The notes under the pieces were generated by a model. The model worked only from the letters and a program-made list of their open reading frames with translations, searched no databases and had not been told where the DNA came from. From Tubulanus polymorphus (lineage: Eukaryota; Animalia; Nemertea): 64,000 nt of DNA. The stretch is taken from positions 17,270,150-17,334,149 of the forward strand of contig NC_134026.1 of NCBI RefSeq assembly GCF_964204645.1, in the 5' to 3' direction. The stretch's first letter is position 1, and the number at the start of each line of letters is the position of its first letter. The position numbers and the translations under genes were made by a program. This document shows, in pieces, positions 53,173-64,000 of this stretch.

Positions 53173-55977
53173 GTTATTTTAGTTTGTCGTTTTGTCATAA
53201 TGTCGCCCTCATTTGCATATTCGTAGTTTTTTTACGAATGGCCCGTATCAGCCACCATACTAAAGCCTTTAGGTGGCGTAAAACTCGATAAACACTTCAA
53301 GCGACATAGCGAACGATCTCCTTTCCCCCACAGCGAACGCTTAACGTAGTAGAGGCTACTAGCCTATGTAGGCCTATGTATATGCGTAGGCCTAACATCT
53401 GGACGGATTGGTCGTAGGCCTATTGAATAACAACCCACCTAAATATCGTAAATTTTGTTTTGAAGTTCAATCCAATGAGTCCGTTAATAAACGCAACAAT
53501 TATACTGTGTTTGTTTGAGGCAGTAAAGCTCAGTACCGGTAGGCCTAAAGCCGCGTCGAACTCGATAAACCCTTCAAGCGATACAGCGAACGATCCCCTT
53601 TCCCCCACAGCGAACGCTTACTCCGAATGTCAAGTGTGAGTCCAGCATACGGAAAGGATTGTGTTATATACTTGTATTTAGTAAATACCTTGTGCATTTG
53701 ACAATGATCGGTATGTACCGTAGGAAATATAGAGTATTGATGGTATTGATATAGAGGTTGAAGCCCGCGGCCGAATAAAGTAATATATTCTTCTATTTTG
53801 ATACCTCGTCGACATAACAGCTTTTCTCCGCTATATCACTTCGGCGTGTTTCGTTTAGGCCTACGACTCCCCGGTACACTTATGATTTATCTTAGTAAAT
53901 ATACGGTTAATTTGATAAAGAAAAAAAGGTATTGCTAAACGAACTGCTTGATGCCCGCCGCCAAATCACTGGTAGTAATAAATTAATTTGTACTCGATTT
54001 GATTCTCATGATGAGGTGAAACTCGCAGCTGATCCCCGGAACGACGATGTAGTGACACACATCGATTCGTCAATGTTTACAGCTCGACAGTGCTTTTAAA
54101 ATCTAAAGTAGTAAATTTCCTGTATATCAGTAATACGATTTGATGAGGAAAATGGGCTATTGTTAAAATTAGTTTTTAAAAACCGCAACAGAATGTGCAA
54201 TCTTTGGGTAATAAATTTGTTAATTAATGCTTGAATTGATAATTGATGAGACAAGAAACGTGTGGTAGATTTCGGAAAGAGGACTTAGAAAAAGATGTCG
54301 GCTCTTTGAATGGGGCTCAATTTTCGATGTTTACGGCCCGACAGTGCTTTTGTAACGATGATTCTTCAAAATACGCTCGGAGTATTTATAGATCAAAGTG
54401 AGCTGAATGATATCAGACAGATTGTATCAACAACAGCGGCAAGGGAACAAAGCCTTTGTTCTTTTAGTAAAAATAGTGTGGAAGAAAATAATAATAATAA
54501 TAATCACGCGGATATCAATAGGGTTTTCTGTGAAATAACAGAAAACCCTAATAAATATAACTGCAAGCAGCGATAACGGGTTTCTGCCTTTCTGGATAGA
54601 ATGTCGTTCAGGGATGCGAGCAAAGATTTCACCCGAAATCAGTTCGTTACATTCCATTTTTGAAAAAGTGCCACCTAGGACTCAACTCACAACATGGATA
54701 TGTTGACCCACATGTGCTACTACGCGCAAAGTACTAATGTGCCAGGTTTTGGTGGAAATAACATCAAGAAGAACGAAGCTACGGTGTTTTTACCATTCCC
54801 TAGTGACAGTTCAAGCGCATATTCGGTTATTATTAGTTCCGAAAAAAGTCGACATGATAAGAAAACCGAATTTGGCCCAAAGCACAAATTTGGCCTATAG
54901 GGTAAACTATGCAGGAGGGAAGGCCTTATAGTGTTACTATTAGTAGGGGAGTGACAAGTCAGTCCGACAAGTCAAGCGATCAGATGGGGACTACAATTCA
55001 CATATGAAATTGATGTCCAATAACCATTATAAAAACATAATCACGAACGGTACCATCGCTCCCCATTACTTACTGTTACTGGTCTCTGGCTAGCAATCAT
55101 TCTTTATCGGTGCAGTGGGTAGGTATTTTCAACTGACTTTGTTCTTCTATGACATTACCATCTACGCTGCGTCACGATGTGATGTACATGTACAAAGGAC
55201 ATCCAATTTGTAATGTATGTGATGTATAAACTGACATTAGACCGTTTAATATCGACGATAACAAGGTATCACCGACGCTGACATTTTCTGACGCTAACTT
55301 ATATGACCCGCCTTTTGGACCGGACCAATTCAATTCAATTAAGAAGACGCGTACCGGTACAATAAATAAATAAACCGCTGTTGATATCCACGAACAAAAC
55401 TATACTATTATAGAATGTTTAAAAGGAACTGTTTTTAATAACAGTATGAATAAACTTACTTCACAAACAAGGAAGTACATTTTTTACTTGCGAATGGTCG
55501 AACCCCAGTTATTCACAGTAACCTGTGATTTGGATATTCTCTGAGCCTTCCTTCTTTATTTATTTGTGAAATGACGTCACAAACTTTCAGATTCGCGCCA
55601 GTATGCGCGCCATGATTGATGATTGCTATTTCCACCGGTGCTATCTTTAAGTAACTTCAAGTTTAAAATAGGAAGCACAGTACATCCATAGAAACTACGC
55701 CCAGAAAGAGACTGTTATATTATTATCAGAGTTTAACATTTCGTTTCAAAATTGTTAGTAGTCAAATCTAATAGAAGATGATTTTTATGTGACGAAACTC
55801 AGTGGAAAATATGTTAAAATAATAATCAGCAGGAATCCAATAGGGTTTCTGCCGAGGCAGCAGAAACCCTAATAATGATCACGCGAATCTCAATAAGCTT
55901 TTCTGTGAAGAAACAGAAAACCCTAATAACAATCAGTACAATTACAATAGGGTTTCTGCTGGCAGCAGAAACCCTAA

Positions 55978-58900
55978 TAATAAATAAGTCTTATATAGTG
56001 CAGGTAACCCTATAAAAACAGTTCAGATGCGCTCCTCTAGTCAATATTGTCTGAATAGAAGTGTCTTTAGATGAGTCTTGAACTGTTCCAGAGAAAATGA
56101 ATCAATATTGGTGAACTATGCGTGTTCCATGAACGAGCTGCATAATGGGAAAATGCTCTAGCACCATAGGGGACCAAATTGAACAGGGAGTCACAGAGTT
56201 TACATTGATGAGCTGATGGAGGTTTCGAGCAGGTTTGTATATGTCCAAAAGTTCAACAAGGCATTTTGGCGTTAGTCCACTCAACAAGATAAAGGTTACC
56301 AGCAGAACTTTAAAGTCAATCTGTGCACGTACAGGGAGCCAGTGAAGTTGTATGAGAGCTGGTGAAATATGATCAAAATATCTAGTTCTAGTGATTAGTC
56401 GGGCACAAGTTTTGGAGACATTGGAGTGTTTGAATGTCTTGCGTAGGTACATCAGGAAGAAGGCTGTTACAATAATCCAAACATGACAGAACAAGAGAAA
56501 ATAGTGAAATATTCCAAAGATGGTAATATCCAGATTTCAGAATTGAGTAATAACTTCAACCCGGGTGCTAACTTAATTCATTTTCAATTGAGATAACCCC
56601 CGGTGAATGATATTACCAGTCTATAAAACCAGGCCTAGGTTTCTAACAGGTTGCTGGGAGACTGGAACCTCAATAACATTGACAACTATTGATTTAATGT
56701 CAATTAATGATAGGCGTTGAAGTGTTCGGAACATCATAACATCAGTTTTTGTTGGATTATCTTTCAGGAAATTTTCGGAGTACCACGCATTAACGGCTAT
56801 CAAACACTATTCTACCATTTAAACCTTGTTACGCACAGCCACAACATTGTCAACAGAATACATGACTGTATACGGCTGGTTGTTGTCAGCAAAACCATGA
56901 CGGTCAATTTTGTATGACTGAATAATTTCACATAACGGGAGTATGTATAGGAGAAAGAAGAGCGGCACGAGTACTGAGCCTTGAGGTACTCAAAATTTCA
57001 TTTCATGTGCGATTGAGCGTGAGTCCTCGATTACAACACGTTGAGTTCTCTGTGCTAAATAAGAACCAGACCATTCCAGGGCTGTCCCTTGAATGCTGAG
57101 GTAGTCACACAACCTCCTTAGCAACACTTTGTGGTAGGACAGTATCGAAGGCAGCGGAGAGATCAAGCAGTACGAGTAATGCAATGCCGCCGGAATCGAC
57201 CATACATCGTAGGTCATTTTGCACTCTAAGTAATGCTGTCTCGGTACTGTGTCCAGATCTGTAGGCTGATTGGAGTGAGTCATGGAGATTGTTGGCACTC
57301 ATGTAGTCCCGTAGTCTGATGGGAACAACGCGTTCAAAAACTTCATAGAAATATAGGAAACATTACTAATCGGTCTATAGTTACTAAGAATATTACAATC
57401 TAATGATGGTTTCTTTAACAGTGGAGTCACAAGTGCACATTTCATGGTCTGAGGCACAATCCCTTACACAAGAGAATGATTAACTATTTGAGTAATTATA
57501 GGGAGTAGTGAAGGAATAACTCTCTTTAAGAGCCATGTTGGTATAGGATCTAAGGGGCATGATATGTCTGGAGCCATCCTAATGGTTTTACTAACTTCAG
57601 CATCAACAGTAGGAACAGACAGGTGCAGCAATGATCTCAGATTTACACTTCGAGCTGTCCCATCAGTAGCATTACCACCCAAACCAGAACGTATAACTTC
57701 CTCAATTCTGGATGTATAATACATTGCTTTGGCATTCCTTAAAAACAAATTGAACGAATTTGGGGCAGCTATGAAGATTTCCTTGTGAACTGTGAGTTTA
57801 GTTCGTCGCCATCTTGCTTCAGCCTGACACTTGCTATGTTTTGCTTTGTTGACATCACCATTGCACCATGGAAGTGACGGGTGAATCAGAAGTTTCTCGT
57901 GAACTGGATCATAGCTATCAATAACTCACAGAGTGAAGAAGAATAAAGATCAGCGAGCAGAGATGCTAGGGCCAAAGTACCAAAATTCCAGAATTTAGAA
58001 CGGGGGTCTTTTTGCGTTTTTGCATCGCCGGAAATGCGTTCTAGAGCGATCTGGGTATCTGAAAGTACGACGGCAGGCATTCGTTGTGCTTCACATCCCT
58101 CGCTGCCTTCTTATGCCGCGCGCTATCCGGGTGACGAAGAATATCTTTTTTCCCGCCACTACCGTATTTGACCTGGTCTTTACAAATGACGCAGTACGCC
58201 ACGCCAGCTAAGTCTAACTTACGAATGTAGTTCGATAAGTAGTCCCCGTTACTGTCCTTACACTCTAGCCAGTGCCAGTTAAATTTATTTTTTATACCGC
58301 TGTCAATTGCCTTTATATCGGCCAACTCCCGACTGACAATCTTTCCGTGCGTGCTCATTTTGCAGACCGTCCCGCTTGACAGCTGCAGGCAAAAAGTAAG
58401 TTACAAAGCTGCGTGCCTCAGGACATAGCACGCACGTGGTAATAATTAAGATGATATTTATTAGATATCATCTTAATTATTACCACGTGCATCTTCACAT
58501 TGTTGGCCGTCAGCGGGACGATATACAACGGCGTGTAAAGATATTTAACTTTTAGTTGGAAATGGCGTCACAACAGTGGCGCTCCGCCTACGCACGCGCA
58601 CAGATACCACAACAAGCACACATATATACATTGTATCAGAACGTCCTCGGAAACAGAGACCAAGATAAAATAACACAGAAGCGACGACGAGTACAAGCAA
58701 ACGAACGCTTCTACGGTCCGTGCCATTACTGGTCGCCGCGAGGAATTCTCACCCAATTTCCGGAATTGACATCGGCGATCCTAAATTTCCGGAATTCCGG
58801 ATATTTCCGGAAAACTAGCATCTCTGAGCGAGGCCAGGGACATCAAGGCCCTCTATATTTTGAAATTTTTTGTACACATCGCTGGAGAAACTTGTATTGT

Positions 58901-59560
58901 TGATCTGACGCAGTTCATGTCTTAACTCTGACCTGCCACTGTGCTGGTTTTTTATGACCCAGTGTGAATAAAACAAGCCTATGGTCCGAAAACATATCAC
59001 AAATAGCCACACTATCGATAAATGAAGCATCCTCCATGGTAAAGACACAACTGAGAATGTGATTACTCCCGTGTGTGGGTTTCGTTACATGCGGATGCAG
59101 GTCAAATATTCAAATTAATTCATTGAATTTCCGAGTGTCAGGATCTTCAACAATGACCAAATGAAAGTTAGTATCCCCAACTACTATTAGTCTATTTAAA
59201 TTCCCACAGTTCATGATGTCCTGAAGGAACTACTAAGCTTCTTCAAAGAACAAAGGAACTGTTAATTTGTTTTTCTTTGAAGCAGGGGGACTGCATATGA
59301 CAACAAGTCCATATTGGCTGTTATTGGAAGGTGAATATCTGCTGCAAGAATTCAAAAGTTCTGAACTTGGTAAACACATTATCAACCATTGGTCCAGTAA
59401 TGAGGGCGCCACGGTACAGAAAGGCGAAACCACCATATTCCTTATTTCCATGTCTAGGGGTATGGAAGAACTTAGGCCTATATCTACGAAGTAATAGGGC
59501 ATCTACAAAGAATTGGTCTTTGGCTTGTGATGTTAGTGAAGTAAATATGTAACGACCTGA
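55978..59560 (-). mobile_element. Degenerate L2 LINE (APE endonuclease, RT and 3' end)
   Basis: APE: FHTPRHG..GG, VVGDTNFH, PTHG; RT: SCPLDPIPT, QSAYRSGHSTETALL, LLDLSAAFDT, VPQGSVL; LHWLPV; TAA-rich tail at ~55980. Confidence 0.88.
57958..58826 (-). mobile_element. Internally deleted hAT-like transposon with 6-bp TSD
   Basis: 12-bp TIR CAGAGATGCTAG; AGCGAG at 57952-57957 and 58827-58832; ORF 58358-58041 has a BED-like finger AYCVIC...ILRH....RH. Confidence 0.85.
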
Positions 59561-61728
59561 GATCTGACTTATCGAAAAAAGTAGCTCGAATTAGCCATAA
59601 ATTAATCATTTATTCATCTTTCACTCTGTGCGTATAGTTCACTTACAACCCGCAGTTGCACTATTTATGATGTTATCTATGACAATCAACACAAGCACAT
59701 GTGCATGCTAGTATGAGAAGCCTATGTATAATTGATAAAATAAACATCATTTGTTCACCTATTCACAGACCTACAGCGCTGCTCACTTATATACCATCAT
59801 CACGTCATATCCAACGGCAGCAACAATTCAAACCAGTAGCATATTTGATATTTGTGAATACATCACATTTGAAAATGACATTTACACAATATTCTATTTT
59901 GATGGCATTTGTTCTCTAAGACTTGTAGTCCTGTTAGGTTATGAATTAGATGCGGATCTTATTGTAGGGGTGGGTCACGTGCGTACAGACAATACTAAGA
60001 ATAAGAGGCCTTGTAGCTGCGCTCACTTGTCGTGACCTTTAACCTCTTAACTACAGCAGATAATGTAACGTACCTCACCAGGATTCGAACCCAATGGCAT
60101 CATTCAATTGCTGTTTCGAGGTACTAATCCTCCATCTTTGGAGTAAAAATTGGAACTGAATTGAAGCAGACAAGCATGTAGTACGGCTACACACCAGCGG
60201 CGTAATGACTCACCACACCAGCGATTGTAGTAAATACATATATTTGCGACGTAAAAATATGTCATGCATGGTGAGAGAAGGTCATTATTTGCGACGTAAA
60301 TATACGTGTTTACTACAATCAAAATTATTCATGAGTAAGTTAATTTCAGGTAATCACATGGAAGACCTGCTCGCAAATGCTGTGTAAATGATTTTGCTGA
60401 CTTTTTTAGTGTAAATATTACTCTGATTTCAGATTTGCCGCTTTGGATCGAAAACATTATTTTTTGACAAGCAACCAAATTGGTGTTTACAGACAACTGG
60501 ACTAAGTTTATCAGACTACTAAGTGCCGGATTGATAAAGACTAGTTTTGCACAATGGATATTATCGCGATTGGAACAATGTGCGAGCGTCTGTGTTCATA
60601 AGCGTGTGCCTTGATCCTCTAGAGACATTTCCTCTGTTGGATAATGATTGGACTGATTACTGAATAGTTTTGACGATTCTATTTCTATATTTTCAATATT
60701 TCAAACAAAGATCTTTTGTCATTTTTAAAACTATTTTTTTGTTGTTGAAAATCCTCTGCTTTCAAGAAATGGTTGTTGTCCCAATGAACTATAATCAACC
60801 AGTGATCACAGCAAGTTTATCCTGTATGCTCTAAGAAGACCGATGTTATTTCGTAGTCATGTGGATTTTCACTGTGCCTACTCAATTCGCTGTAATGTCC
60901 AAATTTTACACCGAAACTTGTATATGTTGTTTGGCACCCGCTCGATCCAAGTTCTGTAGTCTGGGTGATTAAGCCAGCTATCTTTGAATGACGATTTCCC
61001 CATTTTATAAGAAATTCGCAAACCACCGCCATTTGCAATTTCAAAATTTTAACGAAGACACAATGAAAACGAAAACCCGGATCTGAAACACGTACAGTAA
61101 AATAAAAACTTAGACAGAAGGCGGCGCCCCATTACGAGTCGCGGAACAACAGTGACAACGATAGATGAAACGCTACGCCGGTTCGGATCGGTAAAAGATC
61201 GTCGCTGACTTTGTTAACATGTCAATTGTGTTGTTTTCAGTATTATCAAAACAACACTCCCGGAAAATGTTGCCTTTTGCCCCTGAAACATTTTTACTGC
61301 TTTAAGTTTAAAATCACTGATTTTTACGGCCGTATTTTTATTTTTCAATTTTAAATGCTTTTTACTGCTTTTACTGCCCGCGACGAAACCTGTCTATTGC
61401 TGATGTGTTCATGTCTGCCCATCAACCAACCTGTAGAAGACAGGTATCCTACTAGTTGACTAAGAAGTTTTACTTATAGTTTTTAAACGTATGAACACTG
61501 TTGTGCTATTTTATCTCCAAGAACTAATACTGTTGTACCAACCAAGTAGATCCCTTCGATCATCTCAAGATAACACCAGACTTACTGTTGATGTAACTAA
61601 ATTTGTCAGGGTCGGACAATAGACAGAAAATAAATGTAATATGGCCCCAAAGCAATACTCCCAAGATTACATCTTTTGATAGGTACTTTACTCTCGGATG
61701 TTATTGCGACGTTATGTTCTTAACTTAC

Positions 61729-61910
61729 CACAAAAAATGTGACTACAATTGGTCTCCACTGCATAGATAGCATCTCCTAGACATATAGGGCAGGTTATTT
61801 CTTCAGATCGAATTCTACTTTCAGATGAATTCGGTTGCTGTGTAATCAACTGTCTAGTGAAGTTCACATTATCTTGGCTTTCTGGATGGATCCGTTGAAC
61901 ATAATGCTGC
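61729..61910 (-). CDS. RNF170: RNF170-like RING E3 ligase, exon with the N-terminal half of the RING
   Basis: Translates as QHYVQRIHPESQDNVNFTRQLI...CPICLGDAIYAVETNCSHIFC(G), matching the RNF170 pattern IHPE...CPICL...VETNCGHLFCG. AG acceptor at 61912-61911, GTAAGT donor from 61728. Confidence 0.9.
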
Positions 61911-62427
61911 CTGAAATATAACCACAAAGAAACTTTCCATGATGGGTTTTGCCATATTGACTTTGAACATGAAAAGTGAATGGAAAAAACTGTTGATGCG
62001 ATGCATGTATAATCCATACTATCAAGGTAAAACGTCAGTAAGTATACTGAGCATGGCCACTGGATACAGTCTGCTATCGGCCGGTTGAAAGAAACCCATG
62101 ATATATGCCATGGAAATTGGCCATGCAGTGCATGGGGTACAAGCTTCACATCCAAGATTCAACACGGGTGTTAGGAAGCTGTTCACAGACTGCACCTTAA
62201 GGCCGACTGCTAGCTGTACCATGAGGGCCTATATAGCTAGTCTAACGATTGACCAAATGGAATAGAAAAATAATATTCACCAGCGAAGAACGAAAGTTCT
62301 TGTTTATGGGACTTTTAGACTTGACAAATGTTCATAATTTTGATCCGTGAGACAATGACATAAAACATAACTTTAGCAGGGACAGCTTACAATCAGCACA
62401 GTAATAAAATCAGAAGCTTCTATATAA

Positions 62428-62812
62428 GTTCTTCAAATTTCAGGGCAGTACATACAAAACAAGGCCAGCCATTTACGATGATATCAAGTTTATCGACTGA
62501 ATGTGACTTTCAATAGTTTCATGGCAGGATATATTTTGATAGTAAAGAAATTCAAGCCAAAGCTTACAAGAAACAATTTAAAACGTGGCTACACGTCTTA
62601 ACATGATCTTTTCAACAAATCAAGTATGGTTCTTCAAATTTCAGGGCAGTACATACAAAACAAGGCCAGCCATTTACGATGATATCAAGTTTATCGACTG
62701 AATGTGACTTTCAATAGTTTCATGGCAGGATATATTTTGATAGTAAAGAAATTTAAGCCAAAGCTTACAAGAAATTTAAAACGTGGCTACACGGCTTAGT
62801 GTGATCTTTTCC
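62428..62812. repeat. Tandem duplication with a ~201-bp period
   Basis: GTTCTTCAAATTTCAGGGCAGTACATAC... at 62428 and 62629, nearly identical. Confidence 0.93.
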
Positions 62813-63367
62813 AAGTCCATAATAAATCAGTTACCTTGAAAACTGGAGCTTGTTTGGCAAGGGCATTGCCTATGAAAAATACTTTTAATTCTTTAGTTCA
62901 AAGTTCAATGTTATATTGTATTTCATCTTTTTCAAAGAATTAATTCATTGAAATAAGGCCAAAAATATACATTTGTTAACGGTCTATGTCCAAAATTTAG
63001 TAGCATAGAGGTAGGTAAGGGAAACTATTTTATATTTTGAAAAAATGTTTTTATAATACAAAATGTTTAGAAAAAATCATATGATATCACCAATCCAAAG
63101 GTGGCTGAATATTGAAATCTTCCAATATATGACTGTGGACGTATCGTAAAAAAACCAGTACCGTAAAATATTGGCGCATGTAAGTGGATCACTACTAAAA
63201 TATTGAACTCAACTTATACGCCAGAAAACAATGGTTTGCTGCTTAGTATTTTCAGGTCACAAGAAATTACAATTTATTACAAACCCTACCAAACAGAAAA
63301 CAGTGCTCATCTTCTGCTATAATAGTTTAAATGATTATTTTTGATAAATTATGATTACTTTATTAAA

Positions 63368-63950
63368 ACAAGAGCCCCAATGGGGGCACAATGGCCAGTC
63401 TGTCAGCTTTACATAAAATGGCAAATGATGCATTCTGTGGGTTAAATTTGTCCTAATACACTCCCAGCTCAGTAGACTAGTCAATCCCAGGCTAATAATT
63501 TACACAATTCAATCATGTTTTCATAAGTAGCACAGACAGCGATTGGAGCTGCCAGGATCAAATACCTCAGATAAATCTTTACCCTTGGTCCTATTGATTT
63601 GAATGCGGAATAGAATTGAATTTTCTGAAATTTGCTCAATAAAACAAAATTGATTTGGACTTGCTGTTTTACCTTGTTCAATAAAGTAAAATTGAATTGG
63701 ATTAGATGTTTTTTTGCAGAATAAAATTTGATTGAATTTGCAGTTTGAGCACATGGCTAATTAATTAGCATATCAAGGTCATCCATCCGATTTGAGAAAA
63801 AGATATTTTTCCTGGACTTACTGCACAATTGTCAATGATATTTTCTGTAGTGCAAATAAAAATATTCCTCCCAGAAAAAACCAAATCAACTAAAGATCCC
63901 AGAAATCGATATCGAAATACAATTTTAGATCTTAAAATAAAACCTGGAAC
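63368..63950 (+). mobile_element. HINE-like family A 5' portion
   Basis: AACAAGAGCCCC...CACAATGGCCAG start; 63710-63950 matches 50280-50510. Confidence 0.7.
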
Positions 63951-64000
63951 ACCTGCTGATCTCTGCGGCTAAGCCAATCATAGAGGAGTCTTTGCTTTCC

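Larger units (their letters stand above)
34503..55977 (+). mobile_element. Compound nest of five HINE/Helentron-like elements (family B)
   Basis: 5' end AAATATAGCTGC..GCAGCGATAACGGG at 34503, 42193, 44749, 47518, 54553; 3' hairpins TAGGGTTT(T)CT...AGAAA(A)CCCTA at ~47487, ~54519, 55841, 55894, 55948. Internal sequence is shared (43660-44740 vs 53375-54485; 42200-42505 vs 47520-47833; 41030-41400). Confidence 0.75.

Noticed and set aside
60075-60095. tRNA genes suggested by GGATTCGAACC motifs (also ~51070)
   Set aside because: Only a B-box is present with no cloverleaf; at most SINE remnants.
61911-62155. N-terminal part of ORF 61712-62155 as coding
   Set aside because: It lies upstream of the AG acceptor at 61912-61911 and has no RNF170 similarity; intronic.

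Overview
AT-rich, intron-containing animal DNA. The repeat landscape suggests a lophotrochozoan such as a mollusc (inference). The only host gene I can support is three minus-strand exons of an RNF170-like RING E3 ligase (61729-61910, 34133-34206, 22604-22726), whose very long introns are packed with transposable elements. Two nests can be rebuilt to the base. (1) 9.35-21.5 kb: a LINE RT relic is split by a Kolobok transposon (18-bp TIRs, TTAA TSD, THAP-transposase plus a convergent P2X7-ballast-like KolX gene). The Kolobok holds a satellite-carrying Helentron/HINE-like element, itself split by an ISL2EU transposon (THAP-DDE plus YqaJ-PHD, AT TSD), and also a Penelope-type palindrome with an intact minimal hammerhead ribozyme. 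(2) 34.5-56 kb: five copies of one HINE-like family appear inserted into or next to each other, with five opening ends balanced by five closing hairpins. Also present: hAT-like elements with apparent 7-bp and 6-bp TSDs, a truncated hAT, BEL/Pao and DIRS relics, L2 LINEs, piggyBac- and Harbinger-type MITEs and several minisatellites. Nearly all TE ORFs are degraded. All calls come from reading the sequence; no database searches were run.
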